IMG/VR virus record: IMGVR_UViG_3300032093_000005
DNA: 64,000 bases
Reading direction: 5' to 3' (one strand)
Origin: a virus
Lineage: Duplodnaviria; Caudoviricetes
How positions within the stretch are numbered: position 1 is the stretch's first letter; every line of letters begins with the position of its first letter. The notes beneath the pieces are model-generated. The model was not told the origin of the DNA. It saw only the letters and a program-made list of their open reading frames with translations, and ran no database searches. Positions 19,509 to 30,653 of this stretch are shown here, piece after piece. The position numbers and the translations under genes were made by a program.

Positions 19509-20350
19509 TATCCAATAAAATCGTAAGGAGGAAGTTCGTAATCTGTGGACATTTTTTGTATAATATCATCTAATTCTTTTTGCCCATCTTCATAAAGTTC
19601 TCTACCATTTAATTCAATACCACCTGGAAGTCTAACTCCCCTGAATTTAATTAAATTTTGACCCCACTGTCTTTTCATCAATGCAGTCAAATATTTTTTT
19701 AGAAAACTATCATTATATACTTTAGTAAAAGTATTTGGATCTAAAATTCTATAACAATCAATAACTATAAATGTATCTTTTGCTTTTGCATTCCAATCAA
19801 TATCCAAATATAATCTATTTTGCCTCTTATTGAATCTTATTTGCTTATCAGTTGAAAGTAAAAAATCAATATCTTCAAGATATGTCTTTACCATTGCATA
19901 TTGTAGAAGTTCAACAGAATTGAAGTAATATAAATCATTCAAAAATAATTGATATTTGATACTCCACATTCCAGCAGAGATGGAACTAGTATCAAATTTG
20001 AATACTTTTTCTATACCAATAATAGAATCGGGAACTTGAATAAAATTTGAATTTTCATAGAAATTAAAAGTAGTGGTTCCTATTCCTGAAATATTTGCAG
20101 ATCCTGTAGTTGTTACAATACCTACACCATTTGTATATTGTGCTTTTCCTCTGTTAACATCTTCATCGGTAATTTTATATTTTAAGTACATTCTTTCAAC
20201 ACCATCAAAATGACGTTCTTGAAAATATTGAAGGGCATCGTCAACTAAATCATCTATTTGATCATCTGCCAGATTAATTTCCAAAACAGGAGCGCCCAAA
20301 CGTCTTAAACAATAATCTATCAATTCTTGTCTAGTTGTAGGTTTTGACAT
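19508..20350 (-). CDS. gp13: neck protein (gp13)
   Basis: P.TRQELIDYCLRRLGAPV.EIN, KRQWGQNL.KF.G..LPGG..LNG. Confidence 0.96.
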   Translation of the reverse strand: MSKPTTRQELIDYCLRRLGAPVLEINLADDQIDDLVDDALQYFQERHFDGVERMYLKYKITDEDVNRGKAQYTNGVGIVTTTGSANISGIGTTTFNFYENSNFIQVPDSIIGIEKVFKFDTSSISAGMWSIKYQLFLNDLYYFNSVELLQYAMVKTYLEDIDFLLSTDKQIRFNKRQNRLYLDIDWNAKAKDTFIVIDCYRILDPNTFTKVYNDSFLKKYLTALMKRQWGQNLIKFRGVRLPGGIELNGRELYEDGQKELDDIIQKMSTDYELPPYDFIG

Positions 20351-21087
20351 TAATAGGATCCTCCGTCTATTACATTTGACCAGGTTGGAATTCCTGATGC
20401 ATTAGTTGAAAGTATATAGTTAGTTTCACTAATTGCAGATGATGTTGTTCCCGTAGATACTAACTGATCATTAGCATCAAAATATGCAATTCCATATGCT
20501 TGACCTGGTGAGTAATAAATTGATTGCGCTACTGTAAGAATGCCAGAAATATAACCATTTCTTGCATTAAACTCATCAAATACTAAGTCATTGCTAACAT
20601 ATAAATCTCCATCAACATATAAATTGTTAAGAAAAGTTGCAACTCCAACAAAAGTTGAAACTCCACTTACATAAAGTTGACTTATAGATGAAATGCTAAT
20701 ATTTGCATTACTTATATCGGCATTTGATAATGTAGTAATTCCAGAAACATTTAAATTAGTATTACTAAGGTTAGTAATAATCCCTACAGTTGATTGTAGA
20801 GTTGAGATAGTTCCAATTCCTGAAATAATAATATTTCTACCAAAAATCTCATCTAAACTAACGTCATTAGTTACATATAAATTAGCGCCGATATAGAGAT
20901 CATTTGCAAATGATGATATACCAGTAAAGGTTGAAACACCGCTGACACTTAACTGTGTAACTGATGCTATACCACCTATTACATTAACTGAGTTAGTTGC
21001 GTTATCCGCAAAAACAGAACCACCAGCAACTGATGATAATATCTTGACAGTATTTTGTTGACCAACTCTAACTTTTATGTCGGGCAT
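20350..21087 (-). CDS. fibre/whisker-like virion protein
   Basis: GGIASVTQLSVSGVSTF.G repeats, IDGGSY C-terminus; position upstream of gp13. Confidence 0.6.
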   Translation of the reverse strand: MPDIKVRVGQQNTVKILSSVAGGSVFADNATNSVNVIGGIASVTQLSVSGVSTFTGISSFANDLYIGANLYVTNDVSLDEIFGRNIIISGIGTISTLQSTVGIITNLSNTNLNVSGITTLSNADISNANISISSISQLYVSGVSTFVGVATFLNNLYVDGDLYVSNDLVFDEFNARNGYISGILTVAQSIYYSPGQAYGIAYFDANDQLVSTGTTSSAISETNYILSTNASGIPTWSNVIDGGSY

Positions 21088-21428
21088 TATCGAGTGACTC
21101 CCTCTCTGACAAGGACCATCCCCTCAATCACTCTACTTTTAATTGAGTTTCTAGTAATTACTACATCATACACGTATCTACCAGGTTTTAAATTAGTTGT
21201 TTGTGCAGATGATAAACTAACTATTATTTTTCCTAAATTAGATGGTGTAGAAATTGAAGTGGTAAAATCAGTAGCCGTTGAACTTCCAGCATATTTTCGC
21301 ATCTGAGCAGTTGCTGTATATCCAGTAAGATCGAGAGCAGAATTTGTGTCACTGGTTTCTAAATTAAAGGTCTGAGAAAAATCAGACCCAGCATTGATTA
21401 CAAGATTATTGACATATACAGCTGCCAT
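21087..21428 (-). CDS. Ig-like/BppU-N-like virion protein
   Basis: NLVINAGSDF, LDLTGYTATAQMRK, GRYVYDVVI motifs; TATAAATA late promoter ~21452-21459. Confidence 0.65.
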   Translation of the reverse strand: MAAVYVNNLVINAGSDFSQTFNLETSDTNSALDLTGYTATAQMRKYAGSSTATDFTTSISTPSNLGKIIVSLSSAQTTNLKPGRYVYDVVITRNSIKSRVIEGMVLVREGVTR

Positions 21429-21459
21429 CTATTTTATAAGCTCTACTTTTTATTTATAC

Positions 21460-21630
21460 CTATATCAAATCGAGAGATGCTATTACCTCTTGCTGTTTAA
21501 GATACAATTTGCAATACAACTTTGCAAAATTTTTTAGTTCATTTTCATTCATTTCATCAATAACACGAACATGCTTTTCATACTCAAATAATTTATCAAT
21601 CGTCTCTAAAGCAATTTTACTTGGATCCAT
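21460..21630 (-). CDS. NblA-like small helical protein (56 aa, not in ORF track)
   Basis: Hand translation MDPSKIALETIDKLFEYEKHVRVIDEMNENELKNFAKLYCKLYLKQQEVIASLDLI; hydrophobic register matches NblA two-helix pattern without gaps. Confidence 0.55.
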   Translation of the reverse strand: MDPSKIALETIDKLFEYEKHVRVIDEMNENELKNFAKLYCKLYLKQQEVIASLDLI

Positions 21631-21817
21631 TTACTATTTCTCTCAATAAAGATTTAATTTCGTCAATGTCTTTTTTCATTTGTTCTATTTCATATTTTTG
21701 TATCTCCCTATTATTTTTTGCATTCATATATTGATTATATGATTGATTATCCACATTAAGAATAGCACCGCTATTCTCATCACGATATAAATTAGGAAAA
21801 CCTTTTACTGGAATCAT
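21617..21817 (-). CDS. small hypothetical, typical of T4-like cyanophages
   Basis: V.G.PNLYRDENSGAILN motif plus C-terminal coiled coil, immediately after the VrlC-like gene. Confidence 0.75.
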   Translation of the reverse strand: MIPVKGFPNLYRDENSGAILNVDNQSYNQYMNAKNNREIQKYEIEQMKKDIDEIKSLLREIVNGSK

Positions 21818-24800
21818 TATGCTAAAGCAATACTTCTTAAATCTTTAAATCTTGGAGAATATGCTTGATTTGTTCCAGACATCACTATTTTAATCGTATA
21901 ACCAGTAAAACTTCCAAGATTATTAGCGGTAAATTCATATTCTAAAAATTGGTCATTTAAACTTTCTGGAACAAAAACATCTGGAAGACCATTATTATTT
22001 GCTGGATTTATAATATCTAAATAACCATCTTGATTGTTATCCACTGTTAGATTGTTGTATCCAGGAAATAAATCAAATGAAGGTGTTATTTCACTTGAAT
22101 CTGGACGTATCAAACTATATAATACTCTAAAGTCTGCTGAAGAGTGTCTATAAGCACTTACAATCACTTTGAGCGCAGATGCTGGTTGTGCTAGTCTTAT
22201 TGTGTTAGAAACGTAAACAGCAGCGTGTGGATCCTCTATTATATTATTAGATCCATTTTCTCCAGCATAATCTTGAATTGGTTTATTTAATCTATTGCTT
22301 AATAGCTCTACAGAAGATTCTTTCCAGAAAACTAATGGGGAAAGATTTGAATCTGTGGTAGATAAATCAACCTTCATGGTAAATGATTTATTTCTCAAGA
22401 ATGATGGTGTATTCAAATATTGTAATTCGTTTACATTTGAACATACAATTCTAGTAGAAGATAGTTTATTTTCAACTCCAAGTTGTACGTTTTCATAAGT
22501 TTGGTCAATAAATGATGATTCATTACCATCAACGCTAGTTCCACTAACTGTTCTAATTTGACCAGTTACTGATGTAGAAGAACCGGGATTTAAAATTGCA
22601 AGATGTGGAGTTATACTATTAAATTGAATATTTTCAGTTGCCTTCACAATGTTTCCACCACACGATAATTCACCATTGAATGAAAGTTGTGGAAATCCTG
22701 TTGGGGAATTATCTGAATTTCTATTGATTGCATTTGAGTCAAAATTTGTTCTATCTACTTCAACATAATAAGTATCAATATCATTTTTACTATCACTTAT
22801 TGTATGTGTTTTGTTTATTCTTCTTAGAGATACTCCTCCAAGTTCATACTTATATACTAATGAATTTATATTATGAGTACTGACTAAAGTAGAATCTATG
22901 CCTCTTCCAGTAAGATTGAGAATTCCGACTCCAACAGTATATTTCATAATTTCATCATCAATTTTTATATAACCTGGATTGGTAACACCATCGACAGGCA
23001 TACCTTCAAATGTTGAGAAATTAGATGTCGAAGCAACGCTAATTGTTACATCTGTTAATGTAACAGGTAAAGTTAATTGAGATGGAGATACATCACTTTC
23101 AACATTTGATAGTGAAACTTTATTACCACTAGAATACATACCATGATTATAATGATTAACTTTAAAGAAGTTTCCTGAATATACTCCACCTACTGAAGTA
23201 GATGAAGTAATTGTAGTATTTGCAAGAGAAACTAAATTTCCAGAAAAATCATAATATGACAAAGTTGCTATTCCAACGTTAAATGAATTTCCCTGAACAT
23301 TTGATAAGTATAATGTATCAATACCAGTTCCTATTCCAGTGATTGTAATACGAGCATTACTTCCTCCAACAGGACTTACTGATGATGTAACAATTCCAAC
23401 AACATCACCAACCTTGTAACCATTTCCTGGATATGGTGTAGATACAGCAACTCCAGTTATAACTCCACCAGAAGCAATAATGTTCAATCTCAAACCACTT
23501 CCATTTCCGGTAATATTATAAGTTTGAACTCCAGGCGTTGTAGTATAATTAAATCCTCCCGTAGTTAATCCAACAGAAGTAACAGAACTTCCAGTTCCAA
23601 CAACATAACCATAATTATATGTTGCAGATTGAACAGAAATTTTTCTACCACTTGTTAATATTCCAATTATACTAGAGTCGGTAATTGTAGTTATGCCTAA
23701 ATTAACTTTTCTAGGTAAAATTGTTATTGGATTTGAACTTAATGTTGGAACATAACTATTACTTTGATCTAATGTTGGATTTTGAAATAATATGCTACCA
23801 ATTTTTGATGTGAAATTTGCTTTGTATAATTTAAATTTCAGATCCTGATAATCATTTGGAGTCCACTCTCCACCATTTTGAGATTTATACAATCTACCAA
23901 TTGCAAATTGTCTAGAATATCTTACTGCTTGAGAATCGGGCAGAGTCCTAGTTTCTATGGTCTTCTCTCCCATTTCTGCAATCCAAACTTCATACTCATC
24001 ACTCTGAGGGGCAAGGAGGACAATTGCATATTGCAATCCTGCTTCTAGATAAATTGGATATTCAAAAGTAACTCTTGTAGGTATAGATGCATTTGTAGAT
24101 GTATTAATATCACTTGGCCTTAAAGTTACTGATTTTCCAACAATAGTTCTTGTAGGAGTACCTAATTCTACGGTTCTTACTTCAACTGTTAATGGAGCAT
24201 TTCCACTATCTTTATTTGCAAAAAACAAATCAACTGCAGTTAAATAAGCTCCGTTAGCATCATCATTTGGTTTTAAACCATTTCCAGATTCTGCTACTCC
24301 ACCAACAGTAAAAGATTGAGCAAGAGGATCAACATAATAAATTGATGTTGTAGTTGTTATAACTCTTTGTCTTTCTTCCCAAGTTCCTTCAGATTTATAA
24401 ATGGTTTCTGCTGAAGAAATTAAAGTGCTTCCTGGTAATGGAATTTGATTTGTTGAACTTGATGATAATTTATAAACCTTTGAACCAGTTGTTATTCTGA
24501 CTGATGGTGGTGGAGTTGTATTTGGATCTTTTAAGAAGAAAGATCCTGATAAAAATCCATTAACATCAGTGATTAATCTTAGATCTTTTACATATGCTTC
24601 TGCACCACTAGTTTGTCCAACTAATTTCATACCAATATCCAAGTATCCAGAATATAATCCCTGAGTTTGGGCACATAAAGATGAGATATCAATATTCAAA
24701 GTTTTTGATGATGCACTATATGCTGAAGGAATAGTTTCTGAAATTGCGTATGGATTGGTTGTATATGTAATTGATGGATTGTTAAATGCACCTTCTTTAT

Positions 24801-27800
24801 GATTTGACGATGCAACTCTGAATGAAATTGCTTGTTTTAGTGTTCCAGAACTTGAATTTGTCCATCCAATTACAGTTTCTCCAACTTGGAAAGCAGCGGA
24901 AGATCCATAATTTTGAAGATTACTATCAGTGGAAATTTCAACAAGTTTTGGAATAAATTGAACACCACTATTTCCATCTAAAAATTGATAAACTCTAGTT
25001 AGTGGTTTCATGTTTACCGCAGTGAATCCAGTGTTTCTGGATCTCATATAAAGTTCTGCCCCAGTATTTCTTAGTACATCTTCAACATTTCTATTAACTG
25101 ATGATCCAACAACTCTAAAAGTTCCGGTTGCTCTTAACCAAATCCAATTTGTTTGATTGATGTTAACATCTTCTAATCTAATTGTTCTGACCCAACTATC
25201 ACTGGATGGATTTAATTTGATAGTTCCACTATAAGAAATAACGTTAAACGGATTTACATTTTCCACCTTTGTAGCAAATGTTTGTTCAATCCAATCTATC
25301 TGTTGATATTTTAATGTAATAGCATCGCCACTTTTTTGAACATTCGAATCATATAATTCAAAATTAGTTTCTAGATCTAAATTTTGATCTGTAACATTTT
25401 GAGATGGGACAGGTCTAAGATTTAAACTATTTTTTGATATTCTTGTGATTAATTCATCATTATCACTATCAATTTCAATCTTTGATAGTTGAGTATTAAT
25501 CAGACTAGTATCCTTAAAATCGTCTACAAAAAATCCCGTTTTAAATCTGTTGAGACCCTGTGCATCTTGTATTTGTAATGTTTGAGTATTAATCTCAAGT
25601 AAAGATAATGATGTTACTCTTTCTAGATTTTCAACTCTATCTTCAATTTTGCCAATATCCCGCATAGTATATCTTCTATTATCTGCTAAAGATACTAATG
25701 CATCTTTAGGATTATAAAGATATGGTGGCAATGTAATAGTAGCAATTTCCATTACATCATTTGGTTTATTTGGTTCTTTTGGTGTAATTGATGGTATCCC
25801 CTTAAGAACGGTAAATACTCCAAATTTATCCAGATATAGCTTATCAATTCTTCCAAGATAATATTGATAACCAATTACTGCACTTTCATTTGGAGACATA
25901 ATAATCTTTGGTTCTATTCCAAAAGATCTAGAAGCAAAATCAAATGGTGATGAAGTTATTGATGTAAATGGCGATACTCTTGGTCTAAAGTCCAAAGTAT
26001 CAGATGCTCTTATGTTACTTTTATCAATATATGGAATATCTGAAGAAAATCTTTCTGCAGCATAACTATTAACAGTAAATACATCTCCAGTATCATTAGA
26101 TGGAACTGAATAATGGTCAAATACTATTAAAAGTTGTTTAGAAGGAGGTGATTCTTCATTTCTTCTTACAATTCTTGAATAATCATAATATTGCTCTTTT
26201 TGTCCCTTATCTAAAGTATACTTTGAAGTAATATTTCTGTAAGTGCCAATTATAATCGATGAAATATTTGTATTAATATTTGATTCTTCAAAAGTTACAA
26301 TTTCATTAGTTACAAATTTACTATCATTTAAATAAACAATTCCTAATGTATTTGCTGCTGGTTTTGATACTATTCTCGCTATTGCATCGCTAGTTCTGCC
26401 TATAATATTTTCCCCAATAATTGCATTAGTATCGACATTTGCAATTGAACTAAATGTAAGTCTATCTAATGAAGGTGAATTTGCATCTAAAGACTCATAT
26501 ATTGCAATAACTTTGACAACATCAGGATAATTTAAACTTATTTCTTCATCTTGAATGCGTAAACCATAGTAAGGATTATAAGTAAGTCCATCATTAATTG
26601 ATGTATTAACACCAACTCCAGATCTAGGATCTTTTGATAATGTTACACTAATAGTTTGTGATCTGTTAAATTGTTTTATCTTACTTTGAATTTTATTTTT
26701 TACAAAAGTTGCATTGATTACTGAAATATTTTTGTTTTGAATATTTGAAAATGTAATTTGATTTGATCCTGCATTTAAAGTAACTTTGTCAGAAGTTAAT
26801 GATTCAATACTTCCATCTTCATAAAAAATAGAATATCTTTCTTCATCAAAAACCTGAAATTGTGCAGTTGTTGAATTAATTCCTAAATTAAATTTTCCAG
26901 TATCTACAGTTAATGTACTGGCAGATATTCCAGTAAATGATGTATTAGATTGTGCAGTAAAAGTAATTGTAGATGTGCTTAAGTCTGTTGAAGAAATGTT
27001 AGAGTTTGGTATCTGAGCATATAAAAATCCTTGCTGATCATTTTTAATTTTAGATAAACCAATAGAATATGGAACGCTAATCGTTAGACCTATACCAGGA
27101 AGAGATCCATCGCAAACTCCAGAAATAGTTGGAACAGCTTCCAACGTCATTGAATTTAAAGCAGGAGAAATTGAAACTACGCGATTATAAATCTCTGTAG
27201 ATATTCCAGGTCTCTGATATCTAATAATATTATCAGTTTTTATTCCACTAAAAGTTGCTGGTGCTGCTACAGTTGCTGTACTAATTCCATTTCCAGCAGC
27301 AGTAATTGTAATAATCTCTGATCGTAATCCTCTATCTAATTGAGTATCACATATAAATGCTGTTGTAAATCCTGAAACAGAAGTTGGTTGATGGATAGAC
27401 TTTACATCTTCAATTTCAAATGTTTTTACTGCAGCAATTGTCCTTGAAATATTATCTGAACCATTTATTAAAATTTGTTCTCCTATTGAAAAAGTTCCGG
27501 ATGTTTGGCGAATGTTAATTAGATTTGTTCCTGATCCAGCAGAAACTGTATACCCACTTGCCCCGCTGCTTTTACCTTTGATAAAAGAAGTCGCTGGAAT
27601 TTCTATAGACGAGACTGATTGATTTAATCTAAGTTCTGTATATGTTTGAATGTCATACAAATACAAATCCCAGTTTGTAGATGCTCCACTATATGCAGCA
27701 TCTGTTACATTAAAACTATAAACTCTTGCAGATCCAATTGTTGTCCCAGCAGCAACTATATTTCCCGAATTACCAATACTACTTTTTCTACGATTCTGAA

Positions 27801-29043
27801 AGAATATTTCTTGCCTTTGTTCTGGCGATCCACTTACATTATTAACTCTTAACAAATTTCCCATTTCAAATGGAATATTTGCAGAAGAAACAGATTGTTT
27901 TGTTCTTGGTTTTTCTACATCTATAATTTCAATACCAGTTTTTTCAATATCATATCCTCTAACATACGCTTTACCTGGAGAAAACTTAACACACATCAAA
28001 TCATCTGATGGTGTTGCATCCTGATCTGTTTTTTCTGTTGCGAAAAATAATCCATCATTTCCTAATCTATCATTTAGCGAATTATTTAATGAAAATTGAA
28101 ATGGATTAACAACATAATCCCCAGATTCATCATATGTTCTCTGGGCTAAGTAATCTTTAATTAATGAGTAACTTGATTTTATTTCTATTTTCTTGATTGC
28201 ACCATCTTTTACTCTTAGTAATTCAATAAAATCAGTATCATTAGTATCTGTTAGTAGTTTTTTAGATAGTGTTGTAGAAATTTTAAATCTATCTGCTCCA
28301 GGAGCAGCGTAATTTGTAAAACCTTTTGCATTGTCATATAATGCAGAATCATCTTTAGCGGTAATAATTTGTTCAGTTACTTTTAGACCAACTCTATAAG
28401 ATGGAGTATTGGTGTAATAGTCTAAAATTATTGTTTGCTTTGGAACTCTTACAAAAGTGCCTCTAATAAAATATACACCATCATTAATTGATACTGCAGA
28501 TCCAGTTACAGTTGCATTTGAAGAAATGGTCGTAGCAAAAGGTGTATTTGCTATTATTGATCCTACATTTTCAGATGCAGTTAATAATTCATTATCACTA
28601 AAAGGATTAATTTCAAAATTTGAATCAGAATTTAAATATTTTACATAAAGAGTTGGGTATTCAACATCAGAATTAGGAAGTTGAACTAATTGAACTACCG
28701 CTGTAACACCTGATATTTGACCTGTTATCTTTTTACCAACAAAATTTGACAAATAAGAAGTTAAATTAACTCCATATTGTTGTGTATTTAATTTTACTGC
28801 AGTAAATTGATCATCAAAGGTAATATTTCCTGGAATAACCAAAGATCCTTCTTTGAAAATATGACTCCCAAAAGTTTCTACTTGATCTTGTAATATAGAT
28901 TGAAGAGTATTTAACTCTCGTGCTTGTATTGGTTTGCCTGGATTAAAAAGAACTTTATAATAATTTTTATCTCTTGCACCGATATTTTGTTCGGCAAAGT
29001 CATCAAAATATGGACTTACATTGAGATTAGTTTTTTGAGCCAT
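21817..29043 (-). CDS. large virion structural protein, DUF4815/VrlC-like
   Basis: TNLNVSPYFDDF, VLFNPG.PIQARELNTLQSILQ, LAQRTYDESGDY, RFKTGFFVDDF. Confidence 0.85.
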   Translation of the reverse strand: MAQKTNLNVSPYFDDFAEQNIGARDKNYYKVLFNPGKPIQARELNTLQSILQDQVETFGSHIFKEGSLVIPGNITFDDQFTAVKLNTQQYGVNLTSYLSNFVGKKITGQISGVTAVVQLVQLPNSDVEYPTLYVKYLNSDSNFEINPFSDNELLTASENVGSIIANTPFATTISSNATVTGSAVSINDGVYFIRGTFVRVPKQTIILDYYTNTPSYRVGLKVTEQIITAKDDSALYDNAKGFTNYAAPGADRFKISTTLSKKLLTDTNDTDFIELLRVKDGAIKKIEIKSSYSLIKDYLAQRTYDESGDYVVNPFQFSLNNSLNDRLGNDGLFFATEKTDQDATPSDDLMCVKFSPGKAYVRGYDIEKTGIEIIDVEKPRTKQSVSSANIPFEMGNLLRVNNVSGSPEQRQEIFFQNRRKSSIGNSGNIVAAGTTIGSARVYSFNVTDAAYSGASTNWDLYLYDIQTYTELRLNQSVSSIEIPATSFIKGKSSGASGYTVSAGSGTNLINIRQTSGTFSIGEQILINGSDNISRTIAAVKTFEIEDVKSIHQPTSVSGFTTAFICDTQLDRGLRSEIITITAAGNGISTATVAAPATFSGIKTDNIIRYQRPGISTEIYNRVVSISPALNSMTLEAVPTISGVCDGSLPGIGLTISVPYSIGLSKIKNDQQGFLYAQIPNSNISSTDLSTSTITFTAQSNTSFTGISASTLTVDTGKFNLGINSTTAQFQVFDEERYSIFYEDGSIESLTSDKVTLNAGSNQITFSNIQNKNISVINATFVKNKIQSKIKQFNRSQTISVTLSKDPRSGVGVNTSINDGLTYNPYYGLRIQDEEISLNYPDVVKVIAIYESLDANSPSLDRLTFSSIANVDTNAIIGENIIGRTSDAIARIVSKPAANTLGIVYLNDSKFVTNEIVTFEESNINTNISSIIIGTYRNITSKYTLDKGQKEQYYDYSRIVRRNEESPPSKQLLIVFDHYSVPSNDTGDVFTVNSYAAERFSSDIPYIDKSNIRASDTLDFRPRVSPFTSITSSPFDFASRSFGIEPKIIMSPNESAVIGYQYYLGRIDKLYLDKFGVFTVLKGIPSITPKEPNKPNDVMEIATITLPPYLYNPKDALVSLADNRRYTMRDIGKIEDRVENLERVTSLSLLEINTQTLQIQDAQGLNRFKTGFFVDDFKDTSLINTQLSKIEIDSDNDELITRISKNSLNLRPVPSQNVTDQNLDLETNFELYDSNVQKSGDAITLKYQQIDWIEQTFATKVENVNPFNVISYSGTIKLNPSSDSWVRTIRLEDVNINQTNWIWLRATGTFRVVGSSVNRNVEDVLRNTGAELYMRSRNTGFTAVNMKPLTRVYQFLDGNSGVQFIPKLVEISTDSNLQNYGSSAAFQVGETVIGWTNSSSGTLKQAISFRVASSNHKEGAFNNPSITYTTNPYAISETIPSAYSASSKTLNIDISSLCAQTQGLYSGYLDIGMKLVGQTSGAEAYVKDLRLITDVNGFLSGSFFLKDPNTTPPPSVRITTGSKVYKLSSSSTNQIPLPGSTLISSAETIYKSEGTWEERQRVITTTTSIYYVDPLAQSFTVGGVAESGNGLKPNDDANGAYLTAVDLFFANKDSGNAPLTVEVRTVELGTPTRTIVGKSVTLRPSDINTSTNASIPTRVTFEYPIYLEAGLQYAIVLLAPQSDEYEVWIAEMGEKTIETRTLPDSQAVRYSRQFAIGRLYKSQNGGEWTPNDYQDLKFKLYKANFTSKIGSILFQNPTLDQSNSYVPTLSSNPITILPRKVNLGITTITDSSIIGILTSGRKISVQSATYNYGYVVGTGSSVTSVGLTTGGFNYTTTPGVQTYNITGNGSGLRLNIIASGGVITGVAVSTPYPGNGYKVGDVVGIVTSSVSPVGGSNARITITGIGTGIDTLYLSNVQGNSFNVGIATLSYYDFSGNLVSLANTTITSSTSVGGVYSGNFFKVNHYNHGMYSSGNKVSLSNVESDVSPSQLTLPVTLTDVTISVASTSNFSTFEGMPVDGVTNPGYIKIDDEIMKYTVGVGILNLTGRGIDSTLVSTHNINSLVYKYELGGVSLRRINKTHTISDSKNDIDTYYVEVDRTNFDSNAINRNSDNSPTGFPQLSFNGELSCGGNIVKATENIQFNSITPHLAILNPGSSTSVTGQIRTVSGTSVDGNESSFIDQTYENVQLGVENKLSSTRIVCSNVNELQYLNTPSFLRNKSFTMKVDLSTTDSNLSPLVFWKESSVELLSNRLNKPIQDYAGENGSNNIIEDPHAAVYVSNTIRLAQPASALKVIVSAYRHSSADFRVLYSLIRPDSSEITPSFDLFPGYNNLTVDNNQDGYLDIINPANNNGLPDVFVPESLNDQFLEYEFTANNLGSFTGYTIKIVMSGTNQAYSPRFKDLRSIALA

Positions 29044-29046
29044 CTT

Positions 29047-30621
29047 TTAAAATTCCAGGATAATTTTAACGTCTTCTTTTTGTCTAGAATTTCGAGAAAC
29101 TGTTGATCTATTATCAATATAAATTATATCTCCCGACTTATTATTTATCTCTGGATTTGCAAGTCCATTAGTAAATTCAACTCCAAGATTTATAACTTTA
29201 TTTGAAATAGTTGTAGTTATTCCAGAAAATCCACTAATTGTTCCATTCCATCCACTGGGGAATTTATTGACACTTGTAATTGTATTAAATCCAACTGATT
29301 TTCCGGAAGAATTGAAAAACGTAGACATGCCTACAAAATCAGTATGTCCAATTCCACCGCCACCACTAAAATATATAGATCTATCCGAATAATATTTCAA
29401 AACATTTGTTTCAGAGTCATAAGAAACAACATAACCTAATGCTTTTTTTCCATCCGATTGAATTTGCTGTATCTTATCACCTACTGCTGGTGTTCCACCA
29501 GTAATAGAACTAAATCTCATAGAATAAACACCAGAAAAATCACTTTGAGTATAAACTGAAGTGTTTATCCCTGTTGAATCAAATACAGTTGGATTCTTTA
29601 TGATTCCAACTTGAGAAAATTTAGAATCTACTGGAAAATCTTTTGTTGAATCATCAAACCTTGCATAGATTAAAATTTTATCTGCACCAAGTTCTTTATA
29701 TAAATCAAATCCATGACCCTTTGAAGGTGGGATGATTGGAATTAATTCTGCAAAAACTCCATCATTTCCAAGAGCACCTTGTTGAGTTGCTAAATCAACT
29801 AAAGCAAAAGTATAATTTTTTCCACCAGATGTAACAGTAACATCTGTAATTTTAGTTGATGCGTCTACAGTGACTAAAACTGTTCCATTAGATCCATCAC
29901 CAACTAAATTGCAAGATCTAGTTCCTGAAGCATATCCAAGACCTTGATTTTTAATATAAACTTTTTTAATCTGATTTTCGTTAAGATCAGAATTTCCATT
30001 TTCTCTTACTGATACAATTTGAGAATTAGTGGAAGTTTGCCAATCATTAGGAAGAGTTATATACTCTGTTGAATCGAACTTAATAATGTCTGATGGGGAA
30101 ATTGTGTAAAGATATTTCCAAGAATATCCATCACTTAATTGTGTTGGTTCTAAATCTGTAAAAGTTGGTTCTATTTGAGAAGCATTCCCTGTACTATTAA
30201 TTCCAGAAGAACCATTGTCAATGCAAATATAAATTCTATAATCAGAATTTATAACATAATAATTTGTATCATATAATCTTAAAGAACCTGCTACTGGAGA
30301 ACGATTTAAATCACTATAATCTGGGCGATACATCTCATATTTTTGTCCAGAATTCCAATCAACTTTTCTAATTACTCTTCTTATATTTGCACTTGTTATT
30401 TTTTTACCAAATAGAATAGTTGAATTATAATGATTTAAATAATCAATATTATCAGTTGGATTTGGTGGTATAGTATCCCAAGTAGCACTTCTTCCAAATC
30501 CAGATGCTGTTGGGTTGGATAATCCAACAAAAACATAATAAGAATTTGAAGAGTCGTTAACAGAATCTACAAAATTAGATGCATTAAGTATTCTAAACTG
30601 ATCTGTTACAATTGCAGGCAT
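29047..30621 (-). CDS. gp8: baseplate wedge subunit (gp8)
   Basis: AIVTDQFRILNA, GYSWKYLYTI, GDIIYIDNR, QKEDVKIILEF. Confidence 0.93.
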   Translation of the reverse strand: MPAIVTDQFRILNASNFVDSVNDSSNSYYVFVGLSNPTASGFGRSATWDTIPPNPTDNIDYLNHYNSTILFGKKITSANIRRVIRKVDWNSGQKYEMYRPDYSDLNRSPVAGSLRLYDTNYYVINSDYRIYICIDNGSSGINSTGNASQIEPTFTDLEPTQLSDGYSWKYLYTISPSDIIKFDSTEYITLPNDWQTSTNSQIVSVRENGNSDLNENQIKKVYIKNQGLGYASGTRSCNLVGDGSNGTVLVTVDASTKITDVTVTSGGKNYTFALVDLATQQGALGNDGVFAELIPIIPPSKGHGFDLYKELGADKILIYARFDDSTKDFPVDSKFSQVGIIKNPTVFDSTGINTSVYTQSDFSGVYSMRFSSITGGTPAVGDKIQQIQSDGKKALGYVVSYDSETNVLKYYSDRSIYFSGGGGIGHTDFVGMSTFFNSSGKSVGFNTITSVNKFPSGWNGTISGFSGITTTISNKVINLGVEFTNGLANPEINNKSGDIIYIDNRSTVSRNSRQKEDVKIILEF

Positions 30622-30653
30622 TTGAATATTGTTTTTTCTATATTTATACTATG

